A DNA stretch of 63,702 nucleotides, from assembly GCA_040386535.1 (NCBI GenBank), contig JAZKFH010000054.1, positions 1 through 63,702 of the forward strand. The letters run 5' to 3'. Source of the DNA: Myxococcota bacterium. Lineage in GTDB: Bacteria; Myxococcota_A; UBA796; SXON01. Both the position numbers and the translations under genes were made by a program. The notes under the pieces were generated by a model. That model had not been told where the DNA came from, did no database searches, and worked only from the letters and a program-made list of their open reading frames with translations. This document shows positions 1 to 8,804 of the stretch, in pieces; position 1 is the stretch's first letter; each line of letters opens with the position of its first letter.

Positions 1-337
<337 letters not shown>

Positions 338-425
338 GGCAGACTCCGGGAGATGGGACGCACGGGGGCGAGAAGAGGCGCGGGGCGCCGAGTCTACCTG
401 CTGACCGTGCCGCGGGTCAACGAGG

Positions 426-1523
426 TCATCCGTCGCGCGCGCAGCGAAACCCGCTCGACTTGCGACGGAGCTCCATGACGAAGCCGCTGCGTTCGCCCGC
501 GGGGTTCGGACGCAGGTCGAAGAAGTAGGCGCCACCGCGCACCGCGGCGTACAAACCGACCTCGGAGGTGTGGGGATCCACGATGTGGTCGCCCACGCGC
601 GCGCCGAGCACGTCGTCCCAGCTGTGCACGCGTACGTCCGCGGTCCACTCCCAGGCGTTGCCGAAGCCGTCGAGCAGGCCGTAGCGGCTGGCCCCCGCGG
701 GGAAGCTGCCGACCGGGGAGGTGCGCGCGTAGCCGTCGGAGTCGTCGTAGTTGGGCGGATCGATGGTGCCGTGGTTGAGCCGGGCGCCGTCGTAGGCGTC
801 CCCCCAGGGGTAGCCCCGCTCGGAGTCGGCGGGGCCGAGCACGGCCAGCTGCCACTCGGCCTCGGTTGGGAGACGTTTGTCCGCCCAGTCGCAATACGCG
901 CGGGCGTCGAACCAATTCACGAGCACCACCGGGTGGTCGGCGGTGGCGCGGGGCGCGGTCGCGCCGTCCCACGACCACCCCTCGGCGGCCCAGGGCTCGT
1001 CGACGTAGGGCGGGCGGTACCCGGTGGCGGCGAGAAAGTCGGCGTAGTGGGCCTGGGTGACCTCGGTGCGGTCGATGAGGAAGGGGGACACGTCGACCGA
1101 GCGGGGATCGAGGGGATCGGGCAGCGGGCGGCCGGCGGTCGCGACGGCGCCCGGGGCGAGGCCGAGATCGGGGGCGCCGTGGGTGGCGGTCGGAGCGGGC
1201 AGGAGCGCGGGGGCGCCCGTGGGGTTCCCACCCCCGTTGCCAAACGTCCCGTCGGCGTTGGGAGGCGGCCCGAACGTGCCCCCGTTGGGAGCCGCGCCCC
1301 CGCTCGCTGGCACCCCATTCCCGGGCACCCCACTCGGGGGCGCCCCTCCCGGCATGCCCCCGCCGAACCCCGGCACCGGCGGCGTGAACTTGCGGCCGAG
1401 CCGCACCACCGCACCCGGCACGCGCACCATGTCGGGGCCGTGCTCGGAGGGCACCGTCTCCACGCGGGGCGCGCCCGTGCACGCGCTGAGCGCCACGAGC
1501 ATCACGACGGCGGGTAGGCGCAC
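426..1523 (-). CDS. FGE-sulfatase (SUMF1/EgtB/PvdO-like) domain lipoprotein
   Basis: Motifs IDRTEVT, HPVVLVNWFDA..YC, RLPTEAEW, GNAWEW, RGG, SGFRC; signal LVALSAC; Pro/Gly-rich insert. Start is GTG 1523 or ATG 1502. Confidence 0.85.
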   Translation of the reverse strand: MRLPAVVMLVALSACTGAPRVETVPSEHGPDMVRVPGAVVRLGRKFTPPVPGFGGGMPGGAPPSGVPGNGVPASGGAAPNGGTFGPPPNADGTFGNGGGNPTGAPALLPAPTATHGAPDLGLAPGAVATAGRPLPDPLDPRSVDVSPFLIDRTEVTQAHYADFLAATGYRPPYVDEPWAAEGWSWDGATAPRATADHPVVLVNWFDARAYCDWADKRLPTEAEWQLAVLGPADSERGYPWGDAYDGARLNHGTIDPPNYDDSDGYARTSPVGSFPAGASRYGLLDGFGNAWEWTADVRVHSWDDVLGARVGDHIVDPHTSEVGLYAAVRGGAYFFDLRPNPAGERSGFVMELRRKSSGFRCARDG

Positions 1524-2263
1524 CGGAACCCCATGGTGAGCCGCACCTCGGCGGGCGCGACCGGCTCGCGGTGTGTGCACCCGCAGTAGCTCGGGAGGTT
1601 CGCGTACGAGCCGCCGCGGGCCGTGCGCCACGGCCGGGCCTGCGTGTTCACCGGGTCCTGCACCGGGGCCTCGGCATACCAGCGGGCGTCGTAGCTGTCC
1701 GCGGTCCACTCCCACACGTTCCCGGCGGCGTGCACCAGCCCGAACGGCGAGGCGAGCGCGGAATCCTGCTCGGCTACCGGCTGGGTCTTGACCGACGCGA
1801 TCTGCCCGTGGCGCCCCTCGTTGAACCAGGCGGCGGCGAAGTCCTCGTCGTCCCCCCAGGGGTAACGACCGCCGCCGTCGTCACACGCGGCGTGCTCCCA
1901 CTGGGCTTCGGTGGGCAGGGCGCCACCCTTCCAGCGGCAATAGGCGTCGGCCTCCCACCACGTCACGGCCACGACGGGGTGGTCGCCGGGGCGACCGGAC
2001 GCGCGAATGGTTGCGCCGGCGCCGCCGGGGTGTTCGCCCGCCCACGCCCAGCCCTCGGGCGCCCACCACGCCGCGTTCGTGTAGGCGCCGGCCGCGACGA
2101 AGGCCTCGAAGGCGGCGAGGCTCACCTCGGCGCGGTCGATGCGGTAGGCGGAGAGGGTCACGTCGCGCACGGGCCGCTCGTCGGGCGCGCGCCCGCTGCC
2201 CATGGCGAAGGAGCCGCCGGGGACGTCGACCACGCCGAGGAGCGCGAGCGTGGCGAGGACCAC
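1502..2263 (-). CDS. FGE-sulfatase (SUMF1-like) domain protein
   Basis: Motifs FAMGS, IDRAEVS, HPVVAVTWWEADAYC, LPTEAQWE, GNVWEW, RGGS, MGFRC; GTG start just after the upstream stop. Confidence 0.85.
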   Translation of the reverse strand: MVLATLALLGVVDVPGGSFAMGSGRAPDERPVRDVTLSAYRIDRAEVSLAAFEAFVAAGAYTNAAWWAPEGWAWAGEHPGGAGATIRASGRPGDHPVVAVTWWEADAYCRWKGGALPTEAQWEHAACDDGGGRYPWGDDEDFAAAWFNEGRHGQIASVKTQPVAEQDSALASPFGLVHAAGNVWEWTADSYDARWYAEAPVQDPVNTQARPWRTARGGSYANLPSYCGCTHREPVAPAEVRLTMGFRCAYPPS

Positions 2264-2270
2264 GCGGGTT

Positions 2271-3011
2271 CTACTGCGGGGCGACGGGCGGGGACGCGAC
2301 GGGCGGGGCGCCCGGCGGCGCGGTCGATGCGGGCGCCGCGACCGGGGGGGCGGCGCCGTCGGCGGGCGCCGCGATGGGGGGCCCGCCGGGTGTGCCACCG
2401 GGTGTGCCACCGGAGGGCGGGGCCATGTCGTCGCCGGGCTCCCGCCACCAGGGCAGGGACCTGGCGTACGCCGGATCCTTGCCGACGACGATCTCGACCT
2501 TCACGTCCTTCCCTTCGAGCTTGACCGGCGCGGCCACCCCGCCTGGATCGGAGGGCGAGGGCTGCTTGTCGGTCACGGCGATCGCGCTGACGTAGAGCGT
2601 GCGGTCGAACGTGGCGGGCGCCTTGATCGAGAACGTGCCGTCCGTCGTGCGGACGATCTCGAGCACCTCGGGCGTGGGCTGCCCGTCGACCTCACGCACC
2701 GCGGTCACGTCGATCTGCACCTCTTTCGCGCCGACGACCGTGCCGGAGAGGGTGACCGACTTGCCGTCCGTGATGAAGCTCGCGAGGCCGGGCGCGGCGA
2801 AGTTGTCCGGGACGCCCGTGACGGCGCCCGCGGGCGGGCCACCCTCCACGGCGGGGCCGGGCGCACCACCGGGGACGCCACCGTCCGGGCCGGGCGCGCC
2901 CGGAGGGAGGGCGCCGTCGGGCGCGGGGCCGACGGGGGCGCCGGGATCGGCGGGCTGGGGGCAGCCGGCGAGCGGGAGGAGGACGACCAGACCGAGGAGC
3001 AGCGCGCGCAT
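2271..3011 (-). CDS. Pro-rich hypothetical lipoprotein
   Basis: MRALLLGLVVLLPLAGC lipobox; beta-rich core flanked by Pro/Gly/Ala tails; co-oriented with neighbours. Confidence 0.7.
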   Translation of the reverse strand: MRALLLGLVVLLPLAGCPQPADPGAPVGPAPDGALPPGAPGPDGGVPGGAPGPAVEGGPPAGAVTGVPDNFAAPGLASFITDGKSVTLSGTVVGAKEVQIDVTAVREVDGQPTPEVLEIVRTTDGTFSIKAPATFDRTLYVSAIAVTDKQPSPSDPGGVAAPVKLEGKDVKVEIVVGKDPAYARSLPWWREPGDDMAPPSGGTPGGTPGGPPIAAPADGAAPPVAAPASTAPPGAPPVASPPVAPQ

Positions 3012-3058
3012 ACGACCCTTCCGAAGCCCTCCCGACGTACGCCAACCGGCCGGACGTG

Positions 3059-4192
3059 TCAACCACCCGCGGCCGGCAGCCCCTCGCCCCCGCCGAGGCA
3101 GGCGGCGAGCGCCTCCGCTACGACCGCGTGCCCGTCCGCGGTCCAGTGGCCGTCGTAGGTGAAGTAGAGGGTCCGCCCGGTCGCCGCGGCGCGGCGGAGC
3201 GGCTCCACGAGGTCACACCCCGCGATGCCGAGCCGCGCGAGGAGCGCATGCACGGCGCGCGCGGGCTGGTCCACGTCCGCCGCGGCGGGATCGAGCCCGA
3301 CGAGCCCGAAGGTGGCGGCGAGCCGCGCCGGGAGCACCTCGAACGCCGGCGGAGCCACCGCGACCACGAGGCGATCGCCGCGCTGGCGGGCCGCGTCCCG
3401 GAGCGACGCCAACGCGGGCGCCGAGGACGTGTCGAGCAAGGTGGAGAGCTGCTGCGCCCCCCCGCGGGTGAAGGCTCCGAGCTCCTGCTTCCACTGCGTC
3501 GTCTCCCGCGCCTCTCCGCTGCCCACCGAACGCCGACGCCAAGCGACGTGGGCGTGCCCGTACAGGTACGAGTGGCGCGCCAGGAACCCGGAGAGCGGGT
3601 GCGAGGCGAACGCCGGGAGCGGCTGCCACGGCTCCGTGCCCTGCATCATGTGCATGCCGTGGGAGAACCGCTCGTCGTCCTGCGGATCGTTGCCGAGGAA
3701 GTACACGAGCAGCACGCCCTCGGGTTGGAGCGTCTCCACCGCGCGGTTGTACCGGATGCGCGCGTGCCACGTGGAGTACCCGTCCACCCCCGCGTTCCAG
3801 GCCTCGATCCCCGTGCCGCCGAGGCGCCCCACGAACGTGTCGGCTTCGGGCACCTGGGCGGCGAGCGTGAACGAGTCGCCCACCACCAACCAACGCGGGC
3901 GCATCCCGTCGGACGGACCCACCTCGGGGCCCCGCAGCCCCAGCATGTTGAACCGGATGGGGACCGCGTAGCCGAGCGAGCGGAGCGTCCCGACGAACCC
4001 CGGGTTGGGGCTGTGGCCGAGCTCCGGATCCGCCACGTACATGCCGGCCGGCACGTTGCCCGGGGCGTCGAAGAGCAGATCGGCGGCGGCGTCGGGAGGC
4101 GCCACTCGGGCCACGCCCTCGGCGAGCCCGAGGCCGACGAGGAGGCCCGCCAGCACGAGCCCGAGGCGCCGGGCCGCGCGGGGGAGCGTCAT
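3059..4192 (-). CDS. SGNH/GDSL hydrolase family protein (AlgX/AlgJ-like), N-terminal membrane anchor
   Basis: LVVGDSFT block I, NAGVDGYS, GND, DGHWT..GH catalytic DxH. Confidence 0.85.
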   Translation of the reverse strand: MTLPRAARRLGLVLAGLLVGLGLAEGVARVAPPDAAADLLFDAPGNVPAGMYVADPELGHSPNPGFVGTLRSLGYAVPIRFNMLGLRGPEVGPSDGMRPRWLVVGDSFTLAAQVPEADTFVGRLGGTGIEAWNAGVDGYSTWHARIRYNRAVETLQPEGVLLVYFLGNDPQDDERFSHGMHMMQGTEPWQPLPAFASHPLSGFLARHSYLYGHAHVAWRRRSVGSGEARETTQWKQELGAFTRGGAQQLSTLLDTSSAPALASLRDAARQRGDRLVVAVAPPAFEVLPARLAATFGLVGLDPAAADVDQPARAVHALLARLGIAGCDLVEPLRRAAATGRTLYFTYDGHWTADGHAVVAEALAACLGGGEGLPAAGG

Positions 4193-4199
4193 GGGCGCG

Positions 4200-4205
4200 A
4201 TCGTA
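4200..4205 (-). promoter_or_regulatory. Putative -10 hexamer TACGAT, leaderless configuration
   Basis: 7 nt upstream of ATG 4192; no obvious SD. Confidence 0.45.
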
Positions 4206-4219
4206 CACCCCTCCCGAGG

Positions 4220-5623
4220 CTAGCGCGTCCCACTCGGCGGGGTCAGCGTCGGCACCCGGGTGACGAAGCCCACGCCCGCGCCGAGCGCCGTGTTCACCCG
4301 CCAGGTGAGCACCCCGTCTGGAGTGACCTCGTCCAGCTGGCCCGCGTTGGTCCAGGACACGAGCGTGTTGCCTGCCGGGAGGCGCTGGGCGCTGCCGAGG
4401 TAGGGGATCAGCAGGCAGGTCTCGGAGGCGTAGTGCCACTGCAACGACGCCTCCCCGAGCGCCTCGTCCAGCGCGATCTCGTCGGCGGACGCGCAGCCCG
4501 TGCCCTGGCGGAAGTTGCTCCGGTTGAAGACCAGCACGCCGCCGTCGATCGGCTGGACGCTGTGTGGCAGCTCGAGGAACTCGTCTTCGCCGGGGTTCGC
4601 GAAGTCTCCCACGCCGGTGTCCGTCAGCGCCCACAGCTGCTCGCCGGTCTGACGGTCGATCTTCAGGACCGTGCTCTGGTACGACATCGTCAGGTAGTAG
4701 ACGTCTTCGGTGGGGTCGTAGGTGACGCCGTTGATGTGGGTCCAGTCCTCGACGTCGGGATCCGCCGCGTAGTAGTGGTCGTAGGTGCGCGACAGGTCCG
4801 GGGCGAAGTGGTCCCAGACGTTCCACACCTCGCGCTCGGTGCCGTCGGGCGCCCGCTCGACGAGCCGGTCGCCCACGAGCTTGCGCTCGTCGATCACCCG
4901 CAGGTCCCAGCCCAACGACGCGTAGCCGCCCGGCGTGTACTCGACGAAATCGATGTGGCCCTCGGTGATCCCCACCGTCTCGACCGTGCTCCCGTCGAGC
5001 GAAACCCGCGTGATGTCCCCCGGGCTTCCGACGCCCGACGCGGCGTTGTTGAACAGGATCGCCTCGCCGTCGAGCGACAGGCGGGCCCGCGTCAAGAGGG
5101 GCACCAGCTCGGCCTCGGTGGTGGGCCAAGTCCACACGGCGCGCCCGCGGCGGTCGAGCACGGCCACCCCGGAGGCGGACGAGAGGAAGATCGGGACCAC
5201 CGTGAAGCCGGGCTCCGCGGCGTCCGGCGCGTCCGCCGTCCACAGCAGGTCGGGCATCCAGGAGGGGCTCGCCCCCGTCGTCGTCGTCGCCTCGTCCACG
5301 CCGCCGCCGTCGAGCGCCTCGACGTGCACCGTCACCGTCGTGAGCGGGGGGAGCCCGACGAGCAGGACCGCGTGCGCCGTGTCCGCGGCCGACTCCTCCA
5401 CGACCACGGTGCCGTCGGTGAACGAGGCGGTCACCCGCGCCCGGGACGGCGCCGCGGTGGTCCACCGGACGTTCACCACCGTCTCGATGGCGGCGAGCTC
5501 GAGGTGCACGCCGTCGACCGTGAGCGTGTTGTCCACGATCTCGGGGGGCGCGGTGTCGTCGCCCTTGTCCACGTCGGCGGGCGCGTCGTTCGGCCCGGTG
5601 CAGGCGAGCAGGAGAGTCAGCAT
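4220..5623 (-). CDS. Arylsulfotransferase (ASST) family lipoprotein
   Basis: GGAGG RBS, MLTLLLAC; HIDF, DWTHINGV, LPHSVQ, GSAQRLPAGNTLVSW are typical of ASST beta-propellers. Confidence 0.8.
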   Translation of the reverse strand: MLTLLLACTGPNDAPADVDKGDDTAPPEIVDNTLTVDGVHLELAAIETVVNVRWTTAAPSRARVTASFTDGTVVVEESAADTAHAVLLVGLPPLTTVTVHVEALDGGGVDEATTTTGASPSWMPDLLWTADAPDAAEPGFTVVPIFLSSASGVAVLDRRGRAVWTWPTTEAELVPLLTRARLSLDGEAILFNNAASGVGSPGDITRVSLDGSTVETVGITEGHIDFVEYTPGGYASLGWDLRVIDERKLVGDRLVERAPDGTEREVWNVWDHFAPDLSRTYDHYYAADPDVEDWTHINGVTYDPTEDVYYLTMSYQSTVLKIDRQTGEQLWALTDTGVGDFANPGEDEFLELPHSVQPIDGGVLVFNRSNFRQGTGCASADEIALDEALGEASLQWHYASETCLLIPYLGSAQRLPAGNTLVSWTNAGQLDEVTPDGVLTWRVNTALGAGVGFVTRVPTLTPPSGTR

Positions 5624-5696
5624 CGGCTCCTCCATGCCAGGACCCGCGGGGATGGAGGCCAGCGAGTTGTCACGAATTGTCGCGCACCTCGGTGCG

Positions 5697-6758
5697 TCAT
5701 CCCAGCTCCCGCCGCAGGCTCTCCTCGAACAGCGGCTCGAGCTTCTCCGGCTCGGCCGGCAACGTCGCGATCAGCCACGTCATCGCGGGCACCCCGAGCA
5801 GGAGCGTGAGCAGGTGCACCCAGCGCAACACGAAGGCGGTGTAGACCGCGTCCGCCGTGTCCCCGACCGCGAACGTCGGGAACAGCGCCACCACGAGCAC
5901 CTCGACCGCGCCGAACCCGCCCGGCACGAGCACGCCGGCCACGCTCGCGACAGCGGTGAGCGCCTGCATGAAGAGCACGCCCAACGTGTCGGCGGGGATC
6001 CCGGCGGCGCGCAGCGAGAGGAGCGTGGAGACGCTCAGCACCAGCAGGTTCACGAGGCAGAGCGCCGCGGCCTGGGCCCACCGCCACGGCGAGATGTCGC
6101 CCACCGCCGCGAAGCAGCGCACCCACCAGTCGACGCGCCCGGCGATCCGCCCCGCGATCTTGGCGGGCAGGACGCGGGTGAGGAGCGCGCCGCTCCACCG
6201 CACCATGGCGGCGGGCCGATAGCAGAGCGCGGCGATGGGCAGCGTCACCAGGCCGGTCACGACGGCGATGGGCGTCACGAGCCGCACCACGTCGTCGGGG
6301 AGCGAGGTGGCGACCAGCGGCCACAACACCAGGGTCGACACGCCGAACATCAGGATGGCGAGGGCGCGCCCGAGCAGGGTGGCGGCCAGCGCGGTGACCA
6401 TGGGGACGCCGTAGCGGTGCCGCAGGTACCACGCGGCCGCGAACTCCCCGACGGGCCCGGGGATCGCGAGCGTGAGCGCGTTTGCGCCGAACACCACCCA
6501 CGCGAGCATCGTCGCGGGCGGCCGCGTTTGCAGCGGAAGCAGCGCGCGCCAGCGAAGCCCCTGCACGCCGAGCGACCCCATCCACACCAGCAGCGACAGC
6601 GCCAACCACCCCGGCGAGAGCTCGGTCAGGCGCCGCCCGGCCTTCTCCGCGCCCTCCATCAGCGAGAGGATCCCGCCGCCGACCAGCGTGATGCCCACCG
6701 ACGACACGAGGATTGCGATCACCACCCGCGCCGCCGGGCGCCGATACCAGGGGCTCAT
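5697..6758 (-). CDS. Lysylphosphatidylglycerol synthase TM-domain / flippase-like (UPF0104) membrane protein
   Basis: Multiple TM helices; LRWRALL, PGPVGE, PGGFGAVE, LRW motifs. Confidence 0.8.
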   Translation of the reverse strand: MSPWYRRPAARVVIAILVSSVGITLVGGGILSLMEGAEKAGRRLTELSPGWLALSLLVWMGSLGVQGLRWRALLPLQTRPPATMLAWVVFGANALTLAIPGPVGEFAAAWYLRHRYGVPMVTALAATLLGRALAILMFGVSTLVLWPLVATSLPDDVVRLVTPIAVVTGLVTLPIAALCYRPAAMVRWSGALLTRVLPAKIAGRIAGRVDWWVRCFAAVGDISPWRWAQAAALCLVNLLVLSVSTLLSLRAAGIPADTLGVLFMQALTAVASVAGVLVPGGFGAVEVLVVALFPTFAVGDTADAVYTAFVLRWVHLLTLLLGVPAMTWLIATLPAEPEKLEPLFEESLRRELG

Positions 6759-6982
6759 GCCGACCGACGCAGATTCGGATCGAGCGGCCCGCGAGTCCCC
6801 GGGCGCGCCTGGCAAGGCGGGACCGAGGAGGTAGGTCGAGACCTCCGACGAGGTCCCGCCGCAGCCAGGTGCGTCCGGGGGCCGCGGACGCCGAGCCGAA
6901 TCAAGTTCGGGCGGCATGACGCCGCGCGTGCGAACGGGACGGGCCGCTTCATCGGGGGCGCGTATCCCAAACGGAAGGAGCA

Positions 6983-7026
6983 GGGCAGACGGACCGCGCC
7001 GAGCCGCGGCCGCTGCGGCGACGGGG
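6983..7026. repeat. Dispersed intergenic motif copy 1: GGGCAGACGGAC-N14-GCCGCTGCGGCGACGGGG
   Basis: Identical blocks with identical spacing at 62689-62732. Confidence 0.75.
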
Positions 7027-7072
7027 CAGGCGGGGCGCGGCGGCGCCGTCGCGGTGTCGTGGTGGGGCGGTG

Positions 7073-7078
7073 TAGACT
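7073..7078 (+). promoter_or_regulatory. Putative -10 hexamer TAGACT, leaderless configuration
   Basis: 6 nt upstream of GTG 7085. Confidence 0.45.
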
Positions 7079-7084
7079 CGCGGC

Positions 7085-7222
7085 GTGGTCAGCCCCCGGC
7101 GCGATGTGTGGATCTGGATCGGCGGCGCCGCCATCGTCGTGCTGGGCGTGCTCGCGTGGCTCTGGTTCGACCAGCCGCCCGAGAACGTGCTGCCGAACCA
7201 ATACGGGTTCGGGGTGTTGTGA
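7085..7222 (+). CDS. 45-aa single-pass membrane peptide (not in the ORF track)
   Basis: (M)VSPRRDVWIWIGGAAIVVLGVLAWLWFDQPPENVLPNQYGFGVL*; GC3-rich codons; GTGA overlap with the next gene. Confidence 0.65.
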   Translation: MVSPRRDVWIWIGGAAIVVLGVLAWLWFDQPPENVLPNQYGFGVL

Positions 7223-8241
7223 ACGTCGATCGCCGCACGTTCCTCCGCCTCGGCGCCGCGGGCGTCGCGCTCGGTGCGCTCGGCGGCGGCGCGTGGCTCC
7301 AGGCGTGGCGGGCGCGGGGCGGGCGCGCCTCCGACCGGATCACGGGCCCGTGGGACGCGCTCGGCACCGGCGCCCAGTGGCTCCTGCCCGATCTGCACGA
7401 CGCCGTGATGGTCGTGCCCGACCGCCCCCACGACGTCGAGGAGACGCGCGATCCCGCCCGTCGCGCCGCCGTGCGCCGCACCCGCACCTTCACCGTGACC
7501 AGCTCGGCCCGGCGCCTGCGCCACGATGCCTTCGGCCCCCTCGCGCCCGTCGGGGTCACGCGGATCGTCGCCATCGGCGACTCCGTCACCTTCGGGTGGG
7601 GCGTCGCCGACACCGAGAGCTGGCCGGCGCGGCTCCAGGACGTGCTCGCCGCGCGCGGCCGTGCCGTAGAGGTGCTCAACGCCGGCGTCCCCGCGCAGCG
7701 CCTGGAGACGATGAAGGCGTGGCTCGAGCAGGTGGCGCCCACGTTGGGGGTGCAGGGCGTGCTCTTCACGCGGCGCCCCTACCCCCAGGGCCCCGATCCC
7801 ATCGGCGTCTACGCCGACACCATCGCCACGGTGCGCCGCGCCCTGCCCAAGGCGCGCGTGATGGTGCTCCTGCCGCCGGTGAGCCGCTTTGACCCCCACG
7901 GCCGCGTGGTGGGCGCCGCCGAGGAGCAGGCCCTGCGCGGGCGCCTCGGCGACGTGCCGCTCCTCGACCTCACGGCCGCCATGCGGGCCGCCCAGGGCGA
8001 GCGTGGCGCGTCCCTGGAGATCGCCGGCACCGAGCTCCGCGTCGTCTCGGGCGGCCGCACGCTCCTGACCGCCCCGGCCGCGCCCCACGGCCTCCCGCGC
8101 GAGATCTACGCCCTCTTCGAGGCCGATCCAAGCGTGCGCGAGGCCCTCTTCTTCGACGACGGCCACCCCGACGCCGACGGGTTTGCCGCGCTCGCGCCGG
8201 TGATCGCGGATCGGATCGAGGAGGCGGGGTGGTTGGGGTGA
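7219..8241 (+). CDS. Tat-exported SGNH/GDSL hydrolase
   Basis: Twin-arginine signal DRRTFLRLG; IGDSVTFGWG, VLNAGV, DDGHP. Confidence 0.85.
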   Translation: MNVDRRTFLRLGAAGVALGALGGGAWLQAWRARGGRASDRITGPWDALGTGAQWLLPDLHDAVMVVPDRPHDVEETRDPARRAAVRRTRTFTVTSSARRLRHDAFGPLAPVGVTRIVAIGDSVTFGWGVADTESWPARLQDVLAARGRAVEVLNAGVPAQRLETMKAWLEQVAPTLGVQGVLFTRRPYPQGPDPIGVYADTIATVRRALPKARVMVLLPPVSRFDPHGRVVGAAEEQALRGRLGDVPLLDLTAAMRAAQGERGASLEIAGTELRVVSGGRTLLTAPAAPHGLPREIYALFEADPSVREALFFDDGHPDADGFAALAPVIADRIEEAGWLG

Positions 8242-8249
8242 TCGCAGTA

Positions 8250-8394
8250 CAGCAACTCGGCACCTGACCGTCAGGTTCGGGGTTGTTGGACGCCAGGTCC
8301 AGCAACTCGGCACCTGACCGTCAGGTTCGGGGTTGTTGGACGCCAGGTCCAGCAACTCGGCACCTGACCGTCAGGTTCGGGGTTGTTGAACGCC
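8250..8394. repeat. About 3 tandem copies of a 50-bp hairpin-forming unit
   Basis: CAGCAACTCGGCACCTGACCGTCAGGTTCGGGGTTGTTGGACGCCAGGTC starts at 8250, 8300 and 8350; the third copy diverges at its end. Confidence 0.95.
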
Positions 8395-8395
8395 A

Positions 8396-8593
8396 AACCG
8401 GCCAAGAGTGCCACCCCCTGGCGGCAAGGCCCCCTACTCTTGGCCGGTCTCGGAGCGGACCGGGCGCCCCGGCGCGCGCCTCGAACGGAGCAACGCCGAT
8501 AGGTTGGGCACTCGTTGGGCCGAACTCACCGTACGACACCCAGAACCGGCCAAGAGTGCCACCCCCTGGCGGCAAGGCCCCCTACTCTTGGCC
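8396..8593. repeat. Two identical 50-bp palindromic direct repeats (8396-8445, 8544-8593), REP-like
   Basis: AACCGGCCAAGAGTGCCACCCCCTGGCGGCAAGGCCCCCTACTCTTGGCC with internal GGCCAAGAGT/ACTCTTGGCC inverted repeat; 98-bp spacer. Confidence 0.9.
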
Positions 8594-8804
8594 TGTCGCG
8601 AAGCGTGGATCACCGTTGGGCAATCCTCCCGCCCGCGCCAGGGGCGCGGAGGGCAGCCGCCTCGGGCGGCTGGTCCGGCCGGGGGCGCGCGCGCTCCCAC
8701 AACCAAGACAACGTGGGCCCGGCCGACCGAGCGGCTCCGCCGCGAGCCCGGAGCCGACCTGCCCGCGTCCGCGCGGGGGCGCCCCGGTGCCGCGCTCCAC
8801 TCCC

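Noticed and set aside
426..2263. Diversity-generating retroelement targeting the FGE/CLec-fold genes
   Set aside because: No reverse transcriptase and no template/variable repeat pair differing at adenines in the window.
8250..8593. Possible CRISPR array
   Set aside because: The tandem units have no unique spacers; the second repeat has only two copies with a 98-bp gap; no cas genes.
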